A stretch of DNA of 64,000 nt from Octopus vulgaris. Its lineage: Eukaryota. How positions within the stretch are numbered: position 1 is the first letter of the stretch; the number at the start of each line of letters is the position of its first letter. The DNA is taken from positions 103,230,001 through 103,294,000 of the forward strand of contig OX597820.1 of NCBI GenBank assembly GCA_951406725.2, given 5' to 3'. Shown one piece after another: positions 51,596-64,000 of this stretch. Made by a program: the position numbers and the translations under genes. The notes under the pieces are model-generated. The model was not told the origin of the DNA and did not search any database. It saw only the letters and a program-made list of their open reading frames with translations.

Positions 51596-53679
51596 CTGTA
51601 TGTTACGCACACTAGATGTAATGTTTCCTGCAATTAGCACTGGATGCAAGTTATTTTTCAAATGTTACCTCGATATCAGATATGTATACCTCTACAAGTC
51701 GTATCCATTCACACTACTTCCATTTGTGAAATGATGTTTGTACCCCATGATGTAATTGGTATATCTGCCTAGATTAGATCTGATATTCACAGAAACGTTA
51801 GCATGCCGTGTGAAATGCTTAATGGTATTTCGTCTGCCGCTACGTTCTGAGTTCAAATTCCGCCGAGGTTGACTTTGCCTTTCATCCTTTCGGGGTCAAT
51901 TAAATAAGTACCAGTTATGCACTGGGGTCGATATAATCGACTTAATCCGTTTGTCTGTCCTCTCTGTGTTTAGCCTCTTGTGGGTAGTAAAGAAATAGGT
52001 ATTTCGTCTGTGTTTACGTTTTTGAGTTGAAATTTTGCCGAGATCGACTTTGATGTACAGATTATTTAATTCATTGTTTTTTAACTAAACACTTTAAAAC
52101 TTCTGATACTGGTAGAATGTGTCACGTGCAACAGGGTTTACTCTTAATGTTTTTGACAAAATTTTATGTTTTAGAAGTTTTGTCAGAAGTTACAGAGTGA
52201 CAATGGACAAATTCGTGTTTGATAAGTGCCAATACACAAAACTCTCAGCTTTTGACTTACTCACTAACTTCTGCCGATGATATATATACATATTACATAT
52301 ATGTGTAATAAAATCTCATCACGCTATTGAACCAATGAAAGAGCCTTTACCTGGTCGCTCGACACACTAAAAATAGCAGCCAATGTATACCCCTACCCAG
52401 GTAAAATCCTAAATTATTAATTGACATATTATTATCTTATAACAGCAATGCCTGGAAAAATCATGGATTACATAGAAAAATGCGAGCATGAAAAGTAATA
52501 TTCTTAAGATTATAAACCTGGAAACGTACAGGACAAGTTCTTACACCTGTAAAAGTATAGGGCAAACTATTACAAACATATATATGTAGTATGTGTGTGT
52601 GTCTGTCTATATCTATATATATATATAGAAAGAGAGCAAGAGAGATGAATAAGACAAAAAAGTTGTAACATCACCTGTAAGATTTAAACTTGCATACTGC
52701 ACCTACTGTAGACTGTATAACTGTGCTAACCATTACATATACAAAAGTACAAGTAGGTTACATATGCCTGTGGCAGTTCTTATCCAAACAAAAGGTGTTT
52801 TCTTGCTAAGCCTTTATGGACATTCATACAGACTTCATTTTCGCAATGCATATCAGATATATGAATCTCTATTGCATACATTTTACTAAAGCTATGTATC
52901 TATGTATGTATATATGTATGTATGTTTGTATGTATATTCACTTGAGACATATTGTTTCTACTTCGTGTTGTTTCTTTATCAGATCTATTCAGGAGTCAGA
53001 ATTTGCATCCACTCAAAGTACACACATCTTACATGTGATATCTGCCTGGAATATACTTGCCTATTATATATTGTATGGATATGAAAGGCATTTTTCACAT
53101 GTTGTATCATGTTAAAATACATTTGTTTATGTTCCAGTTGAATGCTTGTCTTACTTCTTGTACAAGCTGTACACACTTGTGTTGCATAATGTTTATATAT
53201 TGTCTTTTGTATTCCCAGTCCATTCACATTGTATGCCAACATAACCTCTGTATTTATTTTTGATAAATATTACTGAACTGATGTGTTTGTAATTACATTT
53301 CTTTATCAAGCAGCATTATTACTAAATTTAACCCTGACAATGATTCTGTTTATAAAACATATATGAAATCTTCAGTGACTTACAAGGTTTAAATTTTGGT
53401 ATGAAAGTGATAATGATCTCAAAGACATTATTTCATACATGCTGTGCATATGTAATTAATACATTAAACAAACATATTCGTTTTGAATATGTTTATATTT
53501 TCAACTGAACTTAAAACACTAGACCATATTTTATGAAATATTCTTTACTGAAACTTACAATTATTAAACTTTAACTGTTTGAAAATGTATTTAGTTTATC
53601 TATATTGATACTTGACTCCTACACTTTTACTCACAATAAATACTTTTACTTACAATAAATTTTTTTTTTTTGATTAAAG

Positions 53680-53869
53680 GTAAGTTCACTGCCATCAAGT
53701 CACAGCATGGAAAGTTCACCGCCATCAATTCACTGTCATGAAAGTGCACTGCAAAAATATATCCATAAAATCTCACCATTAATAGTTAAAAAATATTTTA
53801 TTGAAATAAGAAATCGTGAATTGATGACGGTGAACTTTCCGTGCAGTGAATTGATGATGGTGAACTTAC
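53680..53869. mobile_element. MITE with sub-repeated ~54-bp TIRs
   Basis: GTAAGTTCACTGCCATCAAGTCAC...AAAGTTCACCGCCATCAATTCAC mirrored at 53816-53869. Confidence 0.7.
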
Positions 53870-53919
53870 TGGACATATCTTTATATTAGAATATTCATTG
53901 AGTTCTATTGGTATCCTAA

Positions 53920-54425
53920 ACATGGAGGTCTTCTCTCAAGCTGATCTGCCAAGCATCTACACACTGCTGATGCAAGCACAGGTCTGATGAGCAGGTCAGT
54001 TTGTTCAAATGCCTGACACGCAGCTACCCAAAAGACTGTTTTACAGTGAATTGGTAGAAGGCAAGCACACACAGGGTAGGTAACATAGAAAGTATCTCAA
54101 ATATACTCTCAAAGCCTCTTTGAAGTGTTTTCAGATCAACTCCAACACCTGGGAAATGCAAGGACCACCCTGCCTGGTGTAGCAGCATCAACAGAGGTAT
54201 CACTTCCTACAAACAGAATAGTATTGCAGGAGCACTGAGAAAGCATAAGCTGCACAAGTCCAGAACCTACCCCTTGCCTTCAATCCCAGCAGAACACTAG
54301 TGCCCAACCTGTGGGAGAGCTTTCCAAGTGCACATTAGACTGATCAGCCACAACCAAACACACCATGACCCACCATCTCTCACATGATGTCCTGGTCATC
54401 GTCGGCAACGACAGACAGACAGACA
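53920..54425 (+). mobile_element. RTE-clade LINE 3' fragment
   Basis: YPKDCFYSELVEGK, TLKASLKCFQI and CPTCGRAFQVHIRLISH, typical of the RTE C-terminus. Confidence 0.75.
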
Positions 54426-56599
54426 TTATTATAGGATTGGTTATTTCTACACATTGTCAATTCTAACCCTTAAGCATTTAAACCAGCTATATCCAGCCTT
54501 TCACACTTAACTTGTGCTGTCATTCCAAAATAAACAATCTCAACATTGGAATCTTGAAGCTATGAAATATTACATTATTTATTAAAAGCAATATGAAAAT
54601 AAAGGCATTACATTTTACAGAGTAAACTGAATACTAAGGGGTTAAAGTGTATTTGCATTGTAGACACCAACCAAATTAGCATAATTTACATTACAATATT
54701 CTTTATTTAATTGTGCATTTACATTGAATGCATACTAATATTTTCCTAGCCTGTAGTTTTTTTTTTTAAATAAAACTTTGATATTTCAGATTCATACTCG
54801 TGAGTAATGTTATTGTTCTTAGTTTGCGTTTGACCCAAGAAAAAATCCTTTTAGAACACTATTTACATAAGATGTACAGTTCTCTTTTATTCATGAATAT
54901 TTGGAGATTTCTCTCCCAATCAACGTTATTCATTTTTTTTTTTTTTGTAAAAAGCACCAATCCGATCGTGGCTGTTGCCAGCCTCGCCTGGCACGTAAAA
55001 AGCACCCACTACACTCACGGAGTGGTTGGCGTTAGGAAGGGCATCCAGCTGTAGAAACACTGCCAGATCAGACTGGAGCCTGGTGCAGCCTTCTGGCTTC
55101 CCAGATCCTCGGTCGAACCGTCCAACCCATGCTAGCATGGTGAACGGACGTTAAACGATGATGATGATTCACATAAAATGCATCTGTTCATTCAAATTTC
55201 ATGCATATTTATTTTTGGTTCTCATCATTTTGTAATATATCACTTTATTAAATATACTGTAGCTGTGTATCCTACATAGGATGCAACTGAGCTGTGTATT
55301 TGCAAAAGGTCAACAGGTACATTTGATCAATCCATGTAGGATACATTTAAGCTGTTATCCACACCAGATAAACTTGAACAAATATACTTTTACTGTATAT
55401 CTTCATGGGATTCACTTGTTTATTGACACAATATATACTTGCAATATGTAGGAAAAACATAAGATGTATGTCTACATAGGATGTGCTTTAGATGTATGTC
55501 CACAGAGGATATACAAGTTGGTATCAAACAGTTCCTGGACTAATGTTAAATAAAAAAATAATTTATTTACCTAAGTTTTACGCATATATGGGTACAGGAC
55601 GTCATAAAATGTAAACAAAATGAAATACAAAAAGAAAGTTGGGTCCTCAAAGAACGAAAGAAACAAATGGAAAACATCAAGACAACATAAAAAAACGACC
55701 CTTCATCAGTTGTCGGATGTCCTACTCCTTATTTCGAGCAATGAACGACAATATTAGTCTTCGATGGCTGCTGCTCTCATGAACCAAAATAAAGTTTGGG
55801 ATTTGCAGAGGGTCAAAGTTGGTAACAAAAATAGGACATACAACAAACCAAACTAAGACAAGCAGGGAGGGCCGTTAGTCCAAGACGAAGTAAGGTAGTA
55901 AACGCTGGAAGAAGATTCTTAGATAAGAGGAAAGATAGGAGAGGAGACATAAGAATGTGTCTGAACTGCGCGACAGACTGAAGAAAGAGAAAGATGATCA
56001 CGTGAGGAAAGGAAAGATGGAGAAAAGTCACGTGTGAACAACGAGAGAGAGTAAAAGAGGAAGAAGGAGAGAGAAACGGTGAAGGGGAGAAAAAAGAATT
56101 AGAGAAAGGATGAGAGAAAACAAAGAGGGAGAGGGAAAAAACAGTAAAGGATAGAGTCGCATCAAATATATTAAGATAAACATACTTGGAAATCAAATAA
56201 TAATATAAATAATTCATACATTATATATATATATATATGATCACGTGACCGACCAGACCATCAGATGCTGTTACACATCGCTGGTCACAATGATATATAT
56301 ATATATATATATGCATATACACAGACATATATGTACATATATATATAGAGATAGATATGTATATAGGTGCGCATATATGGGAACAGGAAGTCATAAAACG
56401 TAAACATGAAATACGAAAATAAAGAACGAAAGAAACAAAGGGAAAACAAGGCAAGTAACATAAAAAACGACCCTTCATCAGTTGTCCGATGTCCTTCTAC
56501 TCCTTATTTCGAGTAATGAACGACAGTATAAGACTTTGAAGGCAGTTGCTCCCACGAACCAAAATAAAATTTGGGATTTGCGGAGGGTTATGTGTATAT

Positions 56600-56664
<65 letters not shown>

Positions 56665-56822
56665 ATATATATATATATAAATTAGAAAACAAAAAACCTT
56701 TTATCAATTCAATAACGAAAAATTAAATTATAACATTTAGAAAGATTAAATATAAGATAAAACATATAACAATGATTAAGTAATGTGCAAAATAGTAAAT
56801 AAAACGTATAAATTTGGTAGAA

Positions 56823-56917
56823 TAACGACAAGTGTTTCGTGGCTATATTTAAAAAATGATAATAGTAATAATAATAGTAAAATCACTTCAATATAAATAT
56901 AGCCACTCTTCAGGTTA
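56823..56917 (-). ncRNA. Type I hammerhead ribozyme motif with extended stem II
   Basis: UAAC-CUGAAGA-GUGGCUAUAUUUA...UAAAUAUAGCCAC-GAAAC-ACUU-GUC-GUUA; 13-bp perfect stem II and canonical GUC triplet. Confidence 0.85.
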
Positions 56918-57789
56918 AGGATAAAAACAATAAAACATTTAATTAGATAAATTAATATACGTAAATAATTTTGTAAAATACGAAATATCTTAACAAATAT
57001 ATTCTTGTTTAAATAAGAAATAAGATACAATTAATTAGAATATCTAAAACAAATATATATATTTATAAATATAATACAAAATATACATTAAGTGAAAACT
57101 AAACACTATATTTTAATCTATATACATTAAATTAAATCATTAAGTAATTTATTTATTTAATAAACATCTAAATAAAATCTTATACTCATTAAGTAATTTA
57201 TATTAAAAACCTTAATGTTAAGTAATATACATAATGTTAGTACAAGCTATAAATACAATTAATAATAGGAAATGTTTTAAATATATACACACCTATTAGA
57301 TAAACTAACTATATCATTAATATATATGTAGTATATATAGATTTAATTTTTTACTCAATTATATAGTTGACCAAAATATCAATTAATATTAAACTAATTT
57401 ACTTAAATGTAATACTACGTAATAAATAGACCACCTAACTATTAAATAATATATCGTCTTACAAAATTAATTCCCAAATTAAATTATATGTAATTCGTTA
57501 AATCACATTATAAAATTAATAATAATCATAAAACATAATAAATAAATAGATATACATATCGTAACTAATAATTATCAAGAAATTATATATAAATTAATAT
57601 TTTAACAACAATAATAATCGTAATAATAATAATAATCAAACTTAATACAATTCAAAAGTTAAATAATATTGTTAAATAAAAAACGTTACTTAGCTAGCCG
57701 ATGAAAATAATATAACTGAATTTTAAACGTAAAAATGTAGGTCTTAGCGTTTATAAGAAATTAAGCCCGTGAAGACGTTGTGTAAAAAA

Positions 57790-58388
57790 AATAGAATAAA
57801 ATTGTCAATGAAAATGACGAAAAATATTTATTAATGAAAAAGACGAAATATATTTAAGCTTCATGATGAAGTTAATGTTATTAAAATGGCTAGGAAATCG
57901 TTAATTAGATATAATAATAAATTATGGGCTAGGAAGGATACTAGAAACTATTTTGATATACCTATGGGGGTACCAGATTCTGCACAGGCTACTGATTTAG
58001 TAGGTATTTATTTATTATCAGAACTTCAATTAGAAAATTTAGAATTGGAGGGTGGTCTATATAGGGATGACCATAAATTACTTACTAGGGTTTGTACAAA
58101 TAGAAGATTAGAATTTTATAAAAAGAAACTTTGTAATTTCTTTAAAAGATATGGTTTAAATATTACTATTTATAATGAGAACTATAATGTTAATTACTTA
58201 GATGTTAATTTTAATTTGATAACGGGTAAAACCAACCATTCCATAAAATTAATGAAAATCTCAGATATATTAATGCTTATAGTAATCATCCACCTTCTGT
58301 TAAAAAATCGTTGATAATTAATGTAGGTAAAAGAATATCATTACTTTCTTATGATTTAGAGATTTTTAATAAACATGCACCTTATTAT
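57790..58388 (+). mobile_element. Penelope-like element (Naiad-type) reverse transcriptase fragment
   Basis: ARKSLI...FDIPMGVPDSAQATDLVGIYLL...GGLYRDD...NYLDVNFNL; frameshifted. Confidence 0.85.
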
Positions 58389-59520
58389 ATATTCTATATT
58401 CTTCAACATAATCTCCATCACAAGTGATGCATTTGTAGCATTGCTGAATCCAGCCATCGAATCCTCGGGTAAAATTCAGGTAGGTGCTTTTGTACACACT
58501 CTTTTGCAATCACTTTCATTTCGTCCGCGTCACTAAATTGTCGTCCTCGAAGAGTGTCATTCATTAAATCGAGAGGTGGAAATTGGAAGGCACCAGATGC
58601 AAGCTGTACGGATTACTTTATTTGTTGCCGAAGTTGTGTGTAGTCGCGCATTAGCAGTGTACACGTAAATTGCTTTCAGATTCTTGCTCGGTTTATTTGT
58701 TCTGTCTTCTCTTAGCTTTTTGGATGCTTAAATGTACAACTCGCTGTTCAAAGTACAGCCACCTTTCAGAACATCAACGAGAATGATATTTTTGCTCTCT
58801 AAAAATCTGTCGCCATGACTTTCTGTACCGATGGCCGGTTCTTGAACTACTTAGGCTTTGGAGAAGTGGTTTGACGACATTCCATGGAGTTTACATTTGC
58901 AGGTCAAAGATTTCAAATTCTGTCACTAGATAGGAAAAACATTAGTCTTCATTGGTTTCAAAGCCTTCCAGCAGATCAGAGTAGATGTTCAACCTTTTCT
59001 ATTCTAATTGGGCGTCAACTGCTAAGACGCCCATTTTGCACATTTTCGGAAACCCAAAGTTTTTCATCGTCTTTTGTAATGCTTGTGACAACAATCTGGT
59101 TGTGCAGTGAGCTTAGTGTTGGTAACTCGACTGTTCCTGCGTATCGATTCGTCCACTCGCTGGTGATTCGTGTCAGTGACCGTAGTTGATGGTCTCATAC
59201 TGTGTAGTTTATCTTCAATGCTGGTTTCCCATTCTTTAAACTTTATCTGTGCCCATTGTTCTTGTCAGTAGTGTAATATTCGTAAACAACCTGTAACCTT
59301 CAGTAGATATTGGACGGCCTGCACCTTTCTTCCGTCAAGAACTCAATGACAGCACGTAGCTTCAAACTAGAAACCAATATTTGCCTGCAATGAAGTACAG
59401 GAAGAAGAGTTACAGTAAGAGGAAGAGTTACTCTATTAATATGTGCAATTTAAACGAATTATGTTTAAAAAGGTTCAAAGTTATCTTCATTTTTGCATAA
59501 CTTTCAATACAACCCTTGTA
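58389..59520 (-). mobile_element. Decayed mariner transposon
   Basis: One TIR-like end TACAAGGGTTGTATTGAAAGTTATG; PYSLHLVPSNFH (resembles YSPDLAPSDFH) and KCITCDGDYVE C-terminus. Confidence 0.75.
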
Positions 59521-59959
59521 TATTGCAAACCAGAAATCCACCCAGGTGACGATGTTTATCTTACTTTTGATAAGAGATGCCTTTTTATTCTATTTGCCCT
59601 CATGTCATTCTGAACGTAAATATTTTGGGCGATATCTGACCACATCGTTAATGACTTGAGAGGTTGACGATGTTATCAATGGATTGAAGAAGAATACAAT
59701 TTTTTTTCGTTTGAATATTGTAAAACTTCACTTGTAATTCGAAAACTGTCCGAAAATTTCCTGTCTGCGCTTTGTATTTTCCAGGTTTGCAATCGATATA
59801 TAAAGATTTTCTAGATTAGCATTCTCTAAGGAAGTAACATCTGAATCCAAGTACCTGCCATATTATTTATGCCACACACAACTATATTTCGTCGTTATGA
59901 ATTCTTTGTGGTCGATTAAAATTGTTACATAAATACATTTTTTTTGTACAAGATCGATA

Positions 59960-60011
59960 AACTCTTCCTGACCTAATAAAGTTATATAACTTTATTAGGT
60001 TAGGAAGAGTT
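59960..60011. repeat. 52-bp near-perfect palindrome
   Basis: AACTCTTCCTGACCTAATAAAGTTAT|ATAACTTTATTAGGTTAGGAAGAGTT, 1 mismatch. Confidence 0.95.
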
Positions 60012-60444
60012 ATTTCCCTTAGTATTGTAGTACAGTCGTTGTTCAGCTCCAGAAAAAAATTGAATGGAACTTGGATTACATTATCAAATGCATTTTTCTC
60101 TCAAAGAATATAATTTTATCAGCAATTTTATCGGTGGAATTTACTTTAAATTCTTTGATGGAACTCGGATTTTTCTTGAAGTGCTGTAAATATCCTGTGA
60201 GATATCACCTTTATAACATGCATTTTCTGAATCGGAGAACAACAATTACTTAAGTATTGTTCAAAAATATTTCACACTGGACTTGCCAACTATTTTGAAG
60301 TGACTTTTCCTTTTCTTACAGTTAGAAAATCCACACGAACTGTTCTAGTCTGTTTTGCAAGAACACTTAGCTCCGAGTACAAAGTTTTTTTTGTTTCTTT
60401 TATTACAGAAACAGCTATAAGCCAATGAAAGTGATAATGTAACT

Positions 60445-60541
60445 CTTCTTCTTCTTCTTCTTCTTCTTCTTCTTCTTCTTCTTCTTCTTCTTCTTCTTCT
60501 TCTTCTTCTTCTTCTTCTTCTTCTTCTTCTTCTTCTTCTTC
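60445..60541. repeat. Pure (CTT)n microsatellite of about 32 units
   Basis: Direct reading. Confidence 0.97.
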
Positions 60542-60583
60542 ATTAACTGATATTACGGCCTGTACTTGATACTTATTCTAAAG

Positions 60584-60784
60584 CAGTGCTTTTCAACCTT
60601 TTTGCTGGAGCGGAACCCCAAGGAAACATTCCACTGGCTCGAGGAACCCCTGTGCATTAATTTAATAATCTTATGCACACATATCTGCACAGGAGAAATA
60701 CAAATTACTGCCGAATTTAGCAGTTTTGTAACTTCTTGCGGAACCCCTGGACTGTACTGGCGGAACCCTGGTTGAAAACCACTG
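60584..60784. mobile_element. hAT-type MITE
   Basis: TIRs CAGTGCTTTTCAACC and GGTTGAAAACCACTG; perfect 8-bp TSD TTCTAAAG. Confidence 0.9.
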
Positions 60785-60949
60785 TTCTAAAGCATAAACA
60801 TACTGAATTCTAGCAACTGGTTATTCGCAAGCCGAAGCGACACAGACACGCGCGCAAATATATATATATACACACACATATAAACACATATTATATAATA
60901 CGATTTAATATATCATATATTATGTATAATATAATCTTGTGTTATATAT

Positions 60950-61139
60950 ATATTCTTTTATTTGTTTCAGCCATTTCACTGCAGACATGCTGGAGCATCG
61001 CTTTTAGTCGAACAGATAGCCCCCAGGACTTATTCTCTGTAAGCCTAGTACTTATCCTATCGCTGTCTTCTGCCGAACCACTAAATTACGGGGTTGCAAA
61101 TACACCAACATCGGTTGTCAAGCAATGGTGGGGGAACAA

Positions 61140-61204
<65 letters not shown>

Positions 61205-61347
61205 CTGTCTCCCAAATACACTCACAAGGCTTTGGTCGGCCCGAGGCTATAGTACAAGACACTTACCCAAGGTGCCACGCTGTGGGACTGAACTCGGAAC
61301 AATGCGGTTGGTAAGCAAGCTACTTACCACTCAGCCACGCTCGCACC

Positions 61348-61381
<34 letters not shown>

Positions 61382-62288
61382 AGCGCGCGCGTGTGTTTGT
61401 GTGTATGTATGTATATGTTTGTGTGTCTGTGTTTGTCCCCCAACACCGCTTGACAACCCGATGCTGGTGCTTTTACGTCCGTGTAACTTAGCGGTTCGGC
61501 ATAAGACACCGATAGAATAAGTACTAGGCTTACAAAGAGTAAGTCTTTGGGTCGATTTGCTCGACTAAAGGCGATGCTCCAGCATGGTCGCAGTCAAATG
61601 ACTGAAATAAAAGAAAGAATAAAACAATATACGGTTACGACGACGAGGGTCCCAGCTGATACGATCAACGGAACTGCTTGCTCGTGAAATAACGTGCAAG
61701 TGGCTGAGCACTCCACAGACACGTGTACCCTCAACGTAGTTCTCATGGAGATTTAGCGAGACACAGTGTGTGACAAGGCTTGCCCTTTGAAATACAGGTA
61801 CTACTCATTTTTGCCAGCTGATTGGAGTGGAGCAGCGTGAAATGAAGTGTCTTGCACAAGGACACAACTCATCGCTAGGAATTGAACGATCGTGAGCCGA
61901 ATGCCCCTCACTTATATATATATATATATATATATATACTCTTTTACTTGTTTCAGTCATTTGACTGCGGCCATTTGTAAGCTCATTACTTATTCTATCG
62001 GTCTCTTTTGCCGAACCGCTAAGTGACGGGGACGTAAACACACCAGCATCAGTTGTCAAGCAATGCTAGGGGGACAAACACAGACACACAAACGCACACA
62101 CGCATATATATATATACATATATACGACGGGCTTCTTTCAGTTTCCGTCTACCAAATCCACTCACAAGGCTTTGGTCGACCCGAGGCTATAGTAGAAGAC
62201 ACATGCTCAAGGTGCCACGCAGTGGGACTGAACCTGGAACCATGTGGTTGGTAAACAAGCTACTTACCACACAGCCACTCCTGCGCCT
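60950..62288. mobile_element. SINE cluster: family A at 60950-61348 (-), 61400-61615 (+, partial) and 61937-62288 (-), plus another CORE-like SINE at about 61625-61912 (-)
   Basis: Family sequence matches within the window. Confidence 0.8.
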
Positions 62289-62530
62289 ATATATATATAT
62301 GCCACCATGCTCCACTGGATGGGTAATGTCAGTGTGCATGCATGACAGCTTTGCCTCTGTAGGAATGCACTACTATGTGACTCACGTGGGTGGACAGGGA
62401 GAATAATAGATCTCATTTGTATTTTTGGATTCGCTAGTACTGGTGGTCTGGCATGGTTTGTCCGGTGTTACATATATCGGACGGGTATGTTTGATTCTTA
62501 GTACTTTCAAATCTAAATCAGAAGAAATCT

Positions 62531-62591
62531 CTGAGCTGATGAAGGAAATGTTGGCGTCTAATCCACTAATCCAGAAACAGGCTGTCCTCGG
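62531..62591 (+). ncRNA. Type I hammerhead motif in a pLTR-like repeat
   Basis: CUGAG-CUGAUGA-AGGA...UCCA-GAAAC-AGGCU-GUC-CUCGG; GUC triplet, stem I CUGAG/CUCGG, weak stem II. Confidence 0.7.
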
Positions 62592-62769
62592 GTATCTTAT
62601 ATGGATGTGATCTTTCGTTGTTTTTCCCTTATACCTATGTGAGTTATTTCTGAGTATGCATTGTCTGGGAGACTTTTTCTTGCAGTTGAAAAAATAGCCA
62701 AATTTTTGGCTGCTATTTATAAAAAGCTCGGTGTGTGGTAAAGTAAATTATTTTACTTTACCCTATTTT

Positions 62770-62826
<57 letters not shown>

Positions 62827-62829
<3 letters not shown>

Positions 62830-63990
62830 AAGGCACTTATAGATGCGGGCTTTAGAGATAGAATTAAATATATCCCATACGAACTTGAAATGGATAGTAG
62901 TAATAACGAATAAGTTAACCGCAACATTATTGCGCATGACCATGCACCTAAGCGTTGTAAAAACGCACAGGAAGCGCAGCAAATGATACTAATAGGATTA
63001 GATTTAGTGACAGTATGAGTAACTACAAAAATAACAGTAACATGTTGGGTAGAACTACGAGGGTCAATGGACGCAGGAAAAATAATATTAATAAGCACAC
63101 TATCCACAAAGAAACTACTGGTAAATCGGGAAATAAAATCTGGTGCATAATCCCTTTTGCTATGCAAATAAGGACGGATTTAGTTAAGCAATTATTGAAC
63201 GTTGTAAATAGACATTTTGATAAGAATAATAGGTATTCTAAACTTATAACATTTCCCTTTTTTTATTATTAAACTTATAAATAGTAGGACAATAAGGATA
63301 GTTTATAGCCTTACACATAATTTAGGGAGCATAATATCCTCTCTGAATAATAAAAGAAATTAGATATTTTCTACTTAAATAGAAACGACGGCGGTATTAG
63401 TAGAAGCAAAAGCAATAAACATCACCCACAACCTTAGTACAGAATACACTCAGAACCAAAATAACCACTTTAATCTCAATAGACCTTATCCTACTCCATT
63501 AGGAAGCAACTCTCACCTCCCCCCCCCCACACACACACACAGCATAATCTATGTGACTGTAGGAACAGGAAAAGTTGTGCCTTCGGTAACACCTATAGAA
63601 TTGAGGACGTAATTTACCAATGTACAGTCACAACACAGTCAAGCAAAATGAGTTACATTGGAGCAACCCAAAATGAAATAAAACATAGTCTAGCCACACA
63701 TCAACATTCTTTTAGAAATAGAACAGAATTAACTCGACAGGATTAAGTAGGTATATTTGGGAGCTCAAATATAGTGATATTAGCTTCACATTAAAATGGG
63801 AGATCCTCGCTACTGCACCTTCGTATAATAATAATTAAAAAAGGAAATGTTACCTTTGTATTAATGAATTTTTTTTTTCATTCTAACAGTACGTAACCCA
63901 CTAATGAACCTGAGAGATGAGCGGAGTGTAACTTGCCTGCACAAAGGGAGGTCTACTTTCGATTAATATAAATAACATAAGAAACACTTA
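62827..63990 (+). mobile_element. Penelope-like element 3' half: RT thumb/linker and GIY-YIG endonuclease, decayed
   Basis: KIWCIIPFAMQIRTD...VNRHF; CDCRNRKSC; VIYQC...SYIG; YIWELK; LKWEIL; CYLCINE. Confidence 0.85.
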
Positions 63991-64000
63991 TACTACGCCA

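Noticed and set aside
55255-55520. CRISPR-like array
   Set aside because: The context is eukaryotic, the units are degenerate without regular unique spacers, and there are no cas genes.
57886-63990. Selenocysteine-coding Naiad element
   Set aside because: No in-frame TGA at Cys-like positions in the readable parts and no SECIS recognised; the copy is too decayed to judge.

Overview
AT-rich, repeat-dense eukaryotic genomic DNA. The tRNA/CORE-type SINE families look like those of Octopus (coleoid cephalopod); this is inferred from recognising the repeats, not from a search. Two complete spliced genes lie on the + strand. One is a 6-exon low-molecular-weight protein tyrosine phosphatase (ACP1-like, 6727-25351, 156 aa, CLGNICRS P-loop). 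The other is a 3-exon FICD/HYPE AMPylase (31379-45297, 458 aa, TM-TPR-Fic). The rest is SINEs, MITEs (MULE-, hAT-, piggyBac- and mariner-like), decayed LINEs (HERO, R4/Dong, CR1, RTE), a mariner remnant and a Penelope-like (Naiad-type) element split in two. The most notable unannotated signal is at least eight minimal type I hammerhead ribozyme motifs from several unrelated repeats. One sits in a tRNA-headed, SINE-like element whose hammerhead-bearing 3' end is duplicated in inverted orientation, with the whole unit flanked by a 13-bp direct repeat. Also seen are an in-frame upstream ORF separated from FICD by a single UGA-CUA, and several long intronic inverted repeats. Most short ORFs in the supplied track are repeat or microsatellite noise. 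Repeat boundaries are approximate unless TIRs or TSDs are quoted.
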